The notes under the pieces were generated by a model. It made no database searches. It saw only the letters and a list, made by a program, of their open reading frames with translations, and had not been told where the DNA came from. This document shows positions 21,339 through 30,542 of a stretch of DNA of 64,000 bases, one piece after another (positions within the stretch are counted from its first letter, which is position 1; every line of letters starts with the position of its first letter). The stretch lies in the IMG/VR virus record IMGVR_UViG_3300037483_000299, positions 30,090 through 94,089 of that record; one strand, 5' to 3'. The translations under genes were made by a program, and so were the position numbers. The DNA comes from a virus.

Positions 21339-22451
21339 ATGGCGAGTGTGGCCTACGCCCCGCTGATGGAGGAGAACCCGGTCCTCAAGCGGAAGCCGAG
21401 TATCCCGCCCGCCCCGATTAGCGGGCCCGTGCCGATTCAACCGTACCCGCCCCGGGATGATACGCGGGATGCGACGATTGGACCGCAGGTGCCTCAAGTG
21501 CCTCCGGTGGGGGCAACGCCTTCCCCCACAATGACGCCGGACACCTTCGGGCCACCGCCGATTACGCTTGCGCCGCCGGTCGCCCCGCCATCGCCGACCA
21601 TCGGGTCCCAACTCGTGCCCGACACGTTCCGGCCGAACATCCCTAGTCCCATCTCGCCCCGGATACCGGAGGGGCCGATCACCCCATATCAGCCGCAGAC
21701 CCCACCGGGGCCGATCAACCAGTTCGGCCCAGGCGACAACCTGATCGCGTCGCAGGTGAACCCGGTGAACCGGGGAGACACCGAATCCGTCCGGTCCGCC
21801 GTCATGGCGCTCCTGGGTCAGACTTCCGGCGGGGCAAGTCGGGGAGATATCGCGGCGGATACACTCAAGCGATTTGATGAGCAGCAGGCGGAATCTGATC
21901 GCATCGCCCAGCAGGAGATCGGCCGGTCGGCGGCGAAGTTCGGGCGCTTGGGGTCTGGGGTCACCACCACCCAGGTCGGCGACTATGGTGAACGCTCGGC
22001 CATCGCCCGCGAACGGGAACGCGCACGGCTGGCCGGAGAAGTGGCGGACCAGGATATCGGGGACCGCTTTGCCCGGGTGGGCGCCGCGCAAGACGTGTAT
22101 GGCCAGTTCTCCGGTGCCGATGTCGGGGCGCGGAATGAAGTCCGCGGGGAGCGCGGGTATCAGGCGGGCTTGGATCAACAGGCGCTCCAGAACCGGATTC
22201 AGCAGACCGGGCTTGAGGAGGACTTGTATGGGAATCAGTTCACCCGGGATCAGATGTACAATCAGTGGCTCTCGCAGCTCGGCTTCCCGGGGAGCCAGAA
22301 CATGTTGCCGGGGACGGCGGACTACTACAACGAGCAGGCAGAAGGCTCGAATCAATCAGCGGCCGATTTCTTCCGGCTCCTGGCGGCGCAGGGTGGGAAC
22401 AGGGGTGCCCAGACCAGCGGGGCGGGCTACTACGGGCAGTACGGAGGATAG
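21339..22451 (+). CDS. Putative DNA ejection protein
   Basis: Pro-rich N-terminus, A..GRLGSG motif, Q-rich helices. Confidence 0.55.
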   Translation: MASVAYAPLMEENPVLKRKPSIPPAPISGPVPIQPYPPRDDTRDATIGPQVPQVPPVGATPSPTMTPDTFGPPPITLAPPVAPPSPTIGSQLVPDTFRPNIPSPISPRIPEGPITPYQPQTPPGPINQFGPGDNLIASQVNPVNRGDTESVRSAVMALLGQTSGGASRGDIAADTLKRFDEQQAESDRIAQQEIGRSAAKFGRLGSGVTTTQVGDYGERSAIARERERARLAGEVADQDIGDRFARVGAAQDVYGQFSGADVGARNEVRGERGYQAGLDQQALQNRIQQTGLEEDLYGNQFTRDQMYNQWLSQLGFPGSQNMLPGTADYYNEQAEGSNQSAADFFRLLAAQGGNRGAQTSGAGYYGQYGG

Positions 22452-22454
22452 GCC

Positions 22455-23390
22455 ATGCCGAGTTTCGCACGGATCGCGTCGGCCTTCAGCGCCCCGGTCA
22501 TGGGGCTGCTCTTGGGGCAGGAGGACAAGCGGAAGCGCGAGAAGGAGGACGCCGACCGCGCCCGGGCCGAACGCTTGGACTTGATCCGTCAACGGCTACT
22601 AGAGACGCAGATCGCTGGCTTGCAGACTCAGCAGGCGGAGGCCAGTAAGACGAAGGAGCTGGCGGGCTTGCAGGCCAACCGAGATGAGGCGTTGCAGAAC
22701 GAGCGAGCGGCGGACTTCCAACAGCGGTATGGAGCTGAAGCGGTGCCGAGCGGGCTGCATCCCGAGATTGCGATTGAGCGGGGCGAAGCTGCGGAGAAAC
22801 GCGAGACGGAGGAACGGGGACGGGAGCACGCCTTGAAGGTGGCCGGGATGCGGACCGAGGCGTCCGCAGCGACGCAAGAGGGCGTTGAATATCAACGTCA
22901 GTTCCAGCGGGAGAACGCCCTGGCCGATGACTACGCCCGAACGGTGAAGCCGTGGGAGATCCCGTATAACGCGCTCGTGCGCGGGAAAGGGAGCATGGCC
23001 GAGGCGAAGGCGGGGAACTCGGCGGCGCAACTCCAGATGCTCTACGCCTTCATCCAAACGCTGGATAACTCGGTCGTGAAGGAAGGCGAAGCGGCGATGT
23101 TCGCCCGAGCGGCCCCCTATCTCTCGCGGGCGCAGATGTACGCAGATCGTATCAATAACAAAGGGGCGGTGATGACGGCGACGCAGGTTCAAGAAATCGC
23201 CGACATCTTGACTCAGGTGGAACAGCAATTCGCGGATCGGTTCGCGTCCTACAAGCGGTACTATCAGAACCGGGCGAAGAAGTGGGGGATTGATCCCTCC
23301 TCCTTCATGGACATCCCGGAGACGTTTGGGGCTGGGAAAGATGAGGAACCAGAGGATGAGATGACCCCCTATCTCCAGCCGGGGCTCTAA
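22455..23390 (+). CDS. Putative DNA ejection protein
   Basis: Coiled coil, LD.SVV.EGE motif. Confidence 0.55.
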   Translation: MPSFARIASAFSAPVMGLLLGQEDKRKREKEDADRARAERLDLIRQRLLETQIAGLQTQQAEASKTKELAGLQANRDEALQNERAADFQQRYGAEAVPSGLHPEIAIERGEAAEKRETEERGREHALKVAGMRTEASAATQEGVEYQRQFQRENALADDYARTVKPWEIPYNALVRGKGSMAEAKAGNSAAQLQMLYAFIQTLDNSVVKEGEAAMFARAAPYLSRAQMYADRINNKGAVMTATQVQEIADILTQVEQQFADRFASYKRYYQNRAKKWGIDPSSFMDIPETFGAGKDEEPEDEMTPYLQPGL

Positions 23391-25039
23391 TGGATGAGCA
23401 AGCGATTCTCGACGCTGCCGCCCGGATGCTCGGAGACGGGATTGATCCGGCGAAAGTCGATGCGGCCGTGCGGCGCCGGACGGGCATGAGCCTGTCGGAA
23501 CTCGGGGCGAAACTTGGCAACGTGCCACGCGATACCCCCGAAGCGCCGAAGCCATCAGCCGGTGAGCAGCGGCAAGAGCGATTCCTGCGGGCGACCGGCG
23601 TCACTCCGGCTGGCTCCGAGGGTGCGGAGAACGCCCAGGATCAGACCCGGCTCATGGCGCATGGCGCGGCCTTCGGGCTTACGGATGAACTGCGGGGCGC
23701 GATGGCAGGTGTGATCCCCGGGGGTGAGGGGTACACCGAGGCCCGGGATACCGAACGCGAAGCTCTTGCGGAAGCCCGGGGCCGTCGGTCCCCGTTGGCG
23801 GCTGGTGGGCTGGAAGCGATGGGCGGGCTTGCTGCGCCCGGCATGGGCGCGGCGCGCTTCATCGGGAAAGGTGTTGGCACGGGGGCCAAGATGCTCCGCG
23901 GGGCTGCGGCCGGCGGGACTGCGGCGGCAGCCTATGGAGCTGGTGGGGAAGGCGGGCCTACTGAACGGGGCGTGGAAGCCCTCAAGATGTTTCCCATTGG
24001 GGCGACGTTGGGGGGCGTGGCCTCAGGGGCGGTCCCGCTCGCCAAAGCCGTAGGCCGTGGGGCGTATCATGGTATGGGGTTCATCGGTCGGGCTACTAGG
24101 GAAGTGAGTCGGGAACTCCGGGGCCCCCTCCGAAATGCCGAGTCTTGGGTCCGGGAACAGGCTCGGGAGGCCGGAACTAAACTGACCCCCGCGCAAGTCA
24201 CCCGTCGGGCGGAAATCCGGTTAGCCCAGCTTGAGGGAGACCTGATGGCCCCGATGCGGCCCAAGCCGCCCCAGAAGCCCCCAGAGGCCCGGCCAGACAC
24301 CTACGAGGGGTTGGTGGCGGCTCAGGCGAAGATTGAGCGGGAGCTGGGGACGACGGAGGCCGCCCGGCCCGCCCAGACCGGCCAGTCCGCCCATCCCCAA
24401 CCGCCCCGCCGACCGAGTGACTTACGGATGGAGCCCGTCGCGTCCGCCACGCCGGCCGGAACTGTGCGGATGGCCAAGCCGCCGCTGCGGCTGGAGTCCT
24501 CCTTGCCGCCTCAACTGGCCGAGAGTCCTATCGGGCGGGCGCTTGATCCGGTGGCGCTGACTCGCCAGCAGCCGCACGCGACGCAAGCCCAGATGGCGGT
24601 CCGCAGCGCGCCCATTCTCTCCCGGGTGAGTGGCCTAGACGAGATTCGGGCGGTGGGGTTGAAGGCGTTTCAGGAGGGCGATCAGGCCACGCTCGACGCG
24701 GTGAACAGCGTGCTCAAAGAGCGGGGCATGGCGTTTGACTGGACCACGATCGCCGAGGAAGCGGCGAAACAAGGAAGGCGGGGACGCGTGCCAAACCCTA
24801 AGCCGGGGGGCGCCCCAGAAGTTTCACGCCCCGTTCCGTCGGTAGGCCGCACAATGACGGCGACGGTGGAGGGGCGAAGCTACGAAATCCCTGAACGGTG
24901 GATGCAGGGTGCCACACTTGGTGGTCGGCGTTCTCAGCAAGAAGCAGTACAGCTATGGCACGAGCAGGCATTGGCCGAAGAGGCGGTGACTGGAGTACCA
25001 ACATCTATCCCATCGCGACAATCCCGGAACCGCCGATGA
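23390..25039 (+). CDS. Large putative DNA ejection protein
   Basis: G..FGL.DEL motif, Gly/Ala-rich. Confidence 0.55.
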   Translation: MDEQAILDAAARMLGDGIDPAKVDAAVRRRTGMSLSELGAKLGNVPRDTPEAPKPSAGEQRQERFLRATGVTPAGSEGAENAQDQTRLMAHGAAFGLTDELRGAMAGVIPGGEGYTEARDTEREALAEARGRRSPLAAGGLEAMGGLAAPGMGAARFIGKGVGTGAKMLRGAAAGGTAAAAYGAGGEGGPTERGVEALKMFPIGATLGGVASGAVPLAKAVGRGAYHGMGFIGRATREVSRELRGPLRNAESWVREQAREAGTKLTPAQVTRRAEIRLAQLEGDLMAPMRPKPPQKPPEARPDTYEGLVAAQAKIERELGTTEAARPAQTGQSAHPQPPRRPSDLRMEPVASATPAGTVRMAKPPLRLESSLPPQLAESPIGRALDPVALTRQQPHATQAQMAVRSAPILSRVSGLDEIRAVGLKAFQEGDQATLDAVNSVLKERGMAFDWTTIAEEAAKQGRRGRVPNPKPGGAPEVSRPVPSVGRTMTATVEGRSYEIPERWMQGATLGGRRSQQEAVQLWHEQALAEEAVTGVPTSIPSRQSRNRR

Positions 25040-25374
25040 TCCCCCGCCTCGTGGCCCTTGCCCTGCTGGCTGTGGTCGTGCTGATCGCCGCCGGCCCGCT
25101 GCGCCCGCTCTACCAGCGGGTCGAGGCGTGGACGTGGGCGCAGGACGAACGGACCTGGGTGGCGCACGGCCTGATCCTGCTGATGGTCGGATTCAGTAGC
25201 GCCGTACTGATCGGGTGGTTCGGTCTCGGGTTCACCGGCTGGGGCATGGGGTGGTACGCGCGGCGGGAGAACGTGTTCACCGGCGAGCCGATGAGCACCG
25301 ACAACTGGATGGACTTCCTGGCCCCTCAACTCGGGGGCCTGCTGGGGTTCGCCCTGGGGCTGGTGGTCCGGTGA
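25036..25374 (+). CDS. Membrane protein, near-identical to 47664-48002
   Basis: Several TM segments; WYARRE and WMDFLAP motifs. Confidence 0.75.
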   Translation: MIPRLVALALLAVVVLIAAGPLRPLYQRVEAWTWAQDERTWVAHGLILLMVGFSSAVLIGWFGLGFTGWGMGWYARRENVFTGEPMSTDNWMDFLAPQLGGLLGFALGLVVR

Positions 25375-25658
25375 CGCCGGCCGAACTGACGGCGATCACG
25401 GCCGGCGTCGGCCTGTTGGGTGGCGTCGGCGGCTGGTTTCTCAAGGCCAAGACGGAGCCGAAGGCCCGGAACGGGAACGGACTGGGGAAGGAGCTTGCTC
25501 TAGCCATCACGGCCGATGGGGAACGGACCCGCCAGACGATGAAAGACGAGGGGGAGCGGACGCGGGAAAACACGGTGAGCCTCATCACGGCACTCCAAGC
25601 GCAAACGGAACTCGCGATGATCCGGGCGGCACAGATGAGCCGGCAGGGGGCGGCGTGA
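25371..25658 (+). CDS. Single-TM protein with coiled-coil tail
   Basis: N-terminal hydrophobic helix; GTGA coupling. Confidence 0.55.
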   Translation: MTPAELTAITAGVGLLGGVGGWFLKAKTEPKARNGNGLGKELALAITADGERTRQTMKDEGERTRENTVSLITALQAQTELAMIRAAQMSRQGAA

Positions 25659-25984
25659 TGGCCCGTATCCTGATTGTCGAGGATGAGGCCAGCCTGTTGC
25701 GGGTGTTGCTCACCTACTTGACGGAGATCGAGCAGCACGAGGCGGTGGGCGTGAGCACGGCCGACGATGCCCGGGACGCGGCCCAGCTGGGTCCCTGGGA
25801 CATGGTGGTCACGGATCGGATGTTGCCGGAGGGGGAGGACGGGGAACGGCTCCGGAGCGCCTTTCCCGGGACGCGGTTCCTGACCATGACCGGGGTGGAC
25901 CAGTGGGAGGCGGATGTGCGGAAGCCCTTCAGTCTCGAAGAAATTGGCGCCGTCATTCGGGCGCGCCTCGCGGTGGCGCCATGA
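25658..25984 (+). CDS. Stand-alone response-regulator receiver (CheY-like) protein
   Basis: ILIVEDE, DMVVTD..LP..DG, MTG, KPF motifs. Confidence 0.88.
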   Translation: MARILIVEDEASLLRVLLTYLTEIEQHEAVGVSTADDARDAAQLGPWDMVVTDRMLPEGEDGERLRSAFPGTRFLTMTGVDQWEADVRKPFSLEEIGAVIRARLAVAP

Positions 25985-26151
25985 GTGTCGAGCTATGGGC
26001 GGGCCTGATCGTGCTGCTTCAGGTGGTGGGCCTCCTCTTGAAGCTGGAGGAGCGGGCGCAGCGACGGAAGTTCCAGGTAGATCTTGAGGAGTGGCGACAG
26101 ACGATGCGACGGGTCCGGCAACCAGACCCCAACATGTGCGCGGAGGAGTGA
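25981..26151 (+). CDS. Single-TM small protein
   Basis: Hydrophobic N-terminus plus charged helix; ATGA coupling. Confidence 0.55.
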   Translation: MSVELWAGLIVLLQVVGLLLKLEERAQRRKFQVDLEEWRQTMRRVRQPDPNMCAEE

Positions 26152-26152
26152 C

Positions 26153-26434
26153 GTGAATCCGAAACTGGAAGCGGCGAAAGAGCGGCGGCGGCTCGCGCTC
26201 ACCACGCCGGACGTGCAGAAGTTCGAGAAGTCGCTGCCCGCGATCATCGCCGCGGTGGTGCGGTTCGGCGGGCCGGAGCACTGCTTCCTGAACATTCACA
26301 GCACCGTGGCCGAGACCGGCGCGCCCGACGCGTGGTGGGAAGTGGTGCCCACGGATCGGGCGAAGCTCGCTGATGGCGAGGACCCGCCGAGCGGGGACGA
26401 GAGCCATCCGTGCCCACCCTTCCTGGACTGCTGA
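26153..26434 (+). CDS. Small protein ending DESHPCPPFLDC (candidate peptide precursor)
   Basis: GGAGGAG RBS, GTG start; C-terminal motif shared with 48290-48523. Confidence 0.7.
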   Translation: MNPKLEAAKERRRLALTTPDVQKFEKSLPAIIAAVVRFGGPEHCFLNIHSTVAETGAPDAWWEVVPTDRAKLADGEDPPSGDESHPCPPFLDC

Positions 26435-26986
26435 GTGCCGCCAGCATGGCAGGAAGTCTTTCACCTGGCCGGCCTACTCCCGCTCCTGATCCTGGGCGGG
26501 CTACACCTCTGGGGCGTCCGTCGGGATTCTCGGGACTGGTGGCTGGCCTCTGGCTTTGCCGTCTCCTGGGTGGCGGACTTGGCAGCACATTGGGCCGATC
26601 CCTGGCTCGTGTCGCACGTCTATTCCGTGGGGCAGGCGGGATGCCTGTACGGGGCGCTCACGACGCCACGCCGCGCCTCCTGGCTGCTTGGACTGACGGG
26701 CCTCGTGGCCGCGTGGTCGCTGTCTGCCGGACCCGTGACCGCGCCGGCCGTGGCGGTGTGGGTGGTGAGCGCCGGGGTGATCTTGTCCCTGATCTGGAAA
26801 CGTCGGGATCTCGGGCTCCGCTGGTGGGGGCTGCTCGCGTACTTCGGGCTCGGGCTCGCGTTCCGCGTGTGGTTCCCGCTGGCCTTGGACGATGCGGAGA
26901 CGTTCCGGGTGGCCTGGCTCGGCTATCAGGCGTGTCGGATGGCGGGCCTGTCGCTGGTGAGCTGGGCCCTCTTGAGAGGACCGTGA
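26435..26986 (+). CDS. Multi-pass (about 6 TM) membrane protein
   Basis: Hydrophobic; homolog of 48517-49044. Confidence 0.75.
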   Translation: MPPAWQEVFHLAGLLPLLILGGLHLWGVRRDSRDWWLASGFAVSWVADLAAHWADPWLVSHVYSVGQAGCLYGALTTPRRASWLLGLTGLVAAWSLSAGPVTAPAVAVWVVSAGVILSLIWKRRDLGLRWWGLLAYFGLGLAFRVWFPLALDDAETFRVAWLGYQACRMAGLSLVSWALLRGP

Positions 26987-26987
26987 C

Positions 26988-27275
26988 ATGGCGCGCCTGA
27001 GCGAAGCCACCAAGCAGACCATCGGCACCGCGCTCACGCTGCTCGGCAAGGTGCCGACCACGCCCGCGCGCATCATGGTGACGCTGTTGCTGGGATTCGG
27101 GACGGCGGTCCGCTACTGGCTGGCCGCTCCCGGTGGCTGGTCGCCGTCCTGGGAATGGCTGGGCTTCCTGTCGGTGTGGGCGGGAATCGACGCGGCGCAG
27201 TTCTACGGGAAACGGATGACTCACATTCCCCCTGCGGCGGAGACGCCTGGGGCACCGGAGGCGACACCTGGATGA
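26988..27275 (+). CDS. Holin-like 2-TM protein
   Basis: Two TM helices, basic KR after TM2; GAGGA RBS. Confidence 0.5.
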   Translation: MARLSEATKQTIGTALTLLGKVPTTPARIMVTLLLGFGTAVRYWLAAPGGWSPSWEWLGFLSVWAGIDAAQFYGKRMTHIPPAAETPGAPEATPG

Positions 27276-27444
27276 CGCCAAATGTAGTGCTGTCGCTACG
27301 GTTTCTGTCCGTCAGGGTCGGACCAGCCCGAGCGTCCGTCCGAGCCAGAGAAGCGCCACGATGGGGGCGAGGTGAGGCTTCCGGGCAAGCCAGCGAAGGA
27401 TCTGCATCGAGACTCTCATGATCAATGGAAAAGGACGCCGCTGC

Positions 27445-28530
27445 ATGAAAAGTGCCACCGTATTACTCGCCACGATGTTGGCGCTCACCAGTCCCCTGCA
27501 CGCCCAGGATACCGTCCAGGTCAGGCCAGGAGCGATGGTCTGCGGCGGCTGGGTGGTGCCTGACACCACGCCCGGGACGGTGTTCCGCTGCCAGGTGAAC
27601 GGGCCGAACGATATGCGCCGGGTGCGCGCAGTTGTCGTTGTGGTCGTGGTGGACAGCGTGCCGGTGCTGCTGCCGCCACCTCCTCCACCCCCGGTAGACA
27701 CGCTGCCGCCCCCGCCACCACCGGACACCGTGTCAGCAGGGACCGCGCCAACCTACGATCCGGCGCGGGACCTCCTCTTGGTGGCCGACAACTTCGACAT
27801 GTGGGACGGCTTCAATCGGCGGAACGTGCCTGGGGCGCATCTGCGGGTCTATCGGGACTCGGCCATCGGCGGCGGAAACCCGGCGGCGACGGTCAGTTTC
27901 ACGCCGGGCCGGACGGGTCAGGCCGTCCGGATCACGTATCCGCAGCAGGTGGGGACGGCGCAAGGCCGGCAGTATGTCGGGACGGTCAATGTCTCCACGC
28001 CGGCGGGCGTCTCGAGCTTCCAAGAGTTCTGGGTGCGGCTCTCGTCTGGCGCCTCGCCCACCGGGACCGGGCCTAAGTGGGTGCAACACTACCACGCGAC
28101 CCTCGGCACCGCGCAGCGCATCCAGATCGGGTCCTTCAAGTTCCCTTCTGGGTCAGCCTCACTCGACGGGATGCCAGCTCGCGATTACTGGCACGTCAAC
28201 AGCCTCGCCAACTCGCTCGCGCTCTCGCGGGGCGGGCCGCGGTGGCGGGACATCGCGGATGGCGCGTGGCATCAAGTCACGACGGAGGTCCGGGCGCACA
28301 CCGCGCGCGGGTCCGGCGATGGCGTCGCTCGGATGTGGATCGACGGGACGCTCGTAGTAGACCTATCGGCGACGGGTGTGCGGGCGGGCTGGACGGACGC
28401 GAGCGAACTGGCCCAGCTCGTCGCTGGCGTGGCCATCACCGACATCCACCTGGGCGACCTGCTCTATCTCGGGACGGTGCCCACCTGGACGCTGGACGTG
28501 GATGACTTCCGACGGTGGCGGGCGCGGTGA
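27445..28530 (+). CDS. Secreted protein: signal peptide, shared N-domain, poly-Pro linker, LamG/lyase-like domain
   Basis: MKSATVLLATMLALTSPLHA-Q signal; N-part shared with 49524, C-part with 14542. Confidence 0.75.
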   Translation: MKSATVLLATMLALTSPLHAQDTVQVRPGAMVCGGWVVPDTTPGTVFRCQVNGPNDMRRVRAVVVVVVVDSVPVLLPPPPPPPVDTLPPPPPPDTVSAGTAPTYDPARDLLLVADNFDMWDGFNRRNVPGAHLRVYRDSAIGGGNPAATVSFTPGRTGQAVRITYPQQVGTAQGRQYVGTVNVSTPAGVSSFQEFWVRLSSGASPTGTGPKWVQHYHATLGTAQRIQIGSFKFPSGSASLDGMPARDYWHVNSLANSLALSRGGPRWRDIADGAWHQVTTEVRAHTARGSGDGVARMWIDGTLVVDLSATGVRAGWTDASELAQLVAGVAITDIHLGDLLYLGTVPTWTLDVDDFRRWRAR

Positions 28531-28636
28531 AGCGTCCCCGAGTGCTCTGCGTGCGGGCCATCCCCGTCCTGCCCTCGCCTGCTGGAGTCCAGCGGCGGGG
28601 ACTGATGGGGCTGGAAGCGGGCTTGATGGTCCGCCG

Positions 28637-28807
28637 TTACCGCTCCTGGATGATGGCCTCCCGCAACTGTTGCTCGGCCGCCTCATCTTCGATAAGGCGT
28701 ATGACGCCAAGCGTCAACAAGATGAGCAGCGTGACGAGGATACCGGGGAAAATGTACCAACGCCACGAAACCGGGCGAGGCGGGCGGGAGATCATGAGGA
28801 GTTGCAT
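28637..28807 (-). CDS. Small single-TM protein
   Basis: GGAG RBS, hydrophobic helix. Confidence 0.45.
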   Translation of the reverse strand: MQLLMISRPPRPVSWRWYIFPGILVTLLILLTLGVIRLIEDEAAEQQLREAIIQER

Positions 28808-28866
28808 CGGTGCTCCAAGCTCAGGGGGATGGTTACAGCGCAAGAATCGTACACCAAGGATAGCCG

Positions 28867-29703
28867 CTACACCGCATGAATCGCCTTCAGGAACCCGCAG
28901 TCGTGTCCGTGAAAGTCGGTGAACTCCACGATCTGGAATCCTACCGCGAGCAGGCGCGCGGCGAGATGCCGGGCCCGGTCCCGTTTCTCAGCCGGCGGGG
29001 CGTGCCATTCGATGGCGAGCTGGCGGATCTGGCCGAGCAAGAGATCGGGCGCCGCATCGAGAATCCCGTACTCCGCCCCCTCGCAGTCGAGCTTCAGGAA
29101 GTCCACCCGGTCGAGCTGATGCCGGGCGAACAGGGAGGCGAGTGAGGCCACCGGCACGGTCATCGTTCCGGTGGGGTGCGCGAGGCGGGCCGGGTCAGTG
29201 GTGTGCAACGCCCCCTGTGCGCCCTGGTAGAGCGTGAGCTGGCCATCGGTGTCGCCGACGGCGGAGGCCACGATGGAAGCCGCGAACCCGTTCCGTCGCA
29301 GATTGTGGGTAAGCAGCGCGAAGTTCTCCGGGTCGGGCTCGTAGGCGATCACCCGCGCGTCCAGCGAAGCGGCGAGGACGGAGAACGCCCCGATGTTCGC
29401 CCCGATGTCCACCACGACATCCCCCGGTGCGATGGTGAGCCCGTGGGTCAAATACTCTCGATCTGCGGCGATCTTCCGGACAATCCCGGCGTCCCAGGTT
29501 TCGCGGCGCACACGGAAGCGCAGACCGCCCGCCGTCACGGTGCGATACGTGAGGCCGGCCCGCTTCAGGCCGCGCTCCAAGCGCACCGCGACGGCATGGG
29601 GCAGTTCGCCACGCGCCACGGCCCGGAGCCCACGCCAGGTCGCAGAGCCGTCGGGCTTGGGCTGTACCGGCTCCACCACACGGACAGGATCAGGGATCGT
29701 CAT
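28867..29703 (-). CDS. FkbM-family SAM-dependent methyltransferase
   Basis: VVDIGANIGAFS, YEPDPEN, DFLKLDCEGAEY; start moved to ATG 29703. Confidence 0.9.
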   Translation of the reverse strand: MTIPDPVRVVEPVQPKPDGSATWRGLRAVARGELPHAVAVRLERGLKRAGLTYRTVTAGGLRFRVRRETWDAGIVRKIAADREYLTHGLTIAPGDVVVDIGANIGAFSVLAASLDARVIAYEPDPENFALLTHNLRRNGFAASIVASAVGDTDGQLTLYQGAQGALHTTDPARLAHPTGTMTVPVASLASLFARHQLDRVDFLKLDCEGAEYGILDAAPDLLLGQIRQLAIEWHAPPAEKRDRARHLAARLLAVGFQIVEFTDFHGHDCGFLKAIHAV

Positions 29704-29738
29704 GCCGACAGGATGCGCGATTCTCGTGCCCGGAACAA

Positions 29739-29779
29739 CTACCACTAGTGGTAGCCGTAGACCTACCACTAGTGGTAGG
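29739..29779. promoter_or_regulatory. Two tandem perfect palindromes CTACCACTAGTGGTAG (29739-29754, 29763-29778), putative operators
   Basis: Exact 16-bp palindromes 24 bp apart, just upstream of FkbM. Confidence 0.7.
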
Positions 29780-30542
29780 GCAAAATGCGAGACTTCCGAG
29801 CCCCGCGTTCCGGGGTAGAATGGCGGAGCCGGGGGGCCGGACGAATACGGAAGGGAGCCGCCTATGGAGTCGTCGCGTGGTGTGTGGCTGGACCCCTCTT
29901 GCTGCGCCCGTAGGAAGTGGTAGGTTGGGAGACGTTCAACCGGGCGTTGTGCCACCGTTCACCCGGGGTGTCGTGGGATTCGGCGCCGCTCACTCAACGG
30001 GATGGCTTGTCCCTGGCGGGATATTCAAGAAATCCGGGCGCTGACCCACCTCCGTCAACCCGGTCCCGTGCCACCATGCTAGCGACAAGTGCAGGCCGCC
30101 TCGTACGGCCGAAAGAACAAGCTCGACCCTGGGGTCCCTGGTACGGGCCACACCCAAAGCCGAGCTTGCGAGCCACAGTCCCTGGCGGGGTAAAGCGGCA
30201 CCCCCAACCTACTAACCCGGGGCCTCAGTGTAAAGGCACGGGATAGGGAGGAAGCGCCCTAGGTAGCCGGTTGCTGGGGGCATTCCGGGGGCTCTGGGTC
30301 GCCGAGAGTGGCCCTTCCCGCCACATGCAAGTTCTTGCAGTCTAGGGGTGCAAAACCTGTCACTTGCGTTTGCAATGTGAGGGCCTAGATTGCCTCCACC
30401 ATGACATGCCCACGTTGCAAACGACCCATCGCCCCCTGGCCGCTCAGGCGACCCAATCTCTGTAGCCCGGCCCATTGGGTTCGGTGCATCCGGTCGGACC
30501 TCCACACTACCCCACAGTAGCGTTGCAATGGCTTCCAGGCCC

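Noticed and set aside
29704-29955. N-terminal extension of the FkbM ORF
   Set aside because: Runs through the palindromic sites and has no domain features; ATG 29703 preferred
30090-30120. Hammerhead ribozyme (GGCC..GGCC-GAAA)
   Set aside because: Lacks the CTGATGA core
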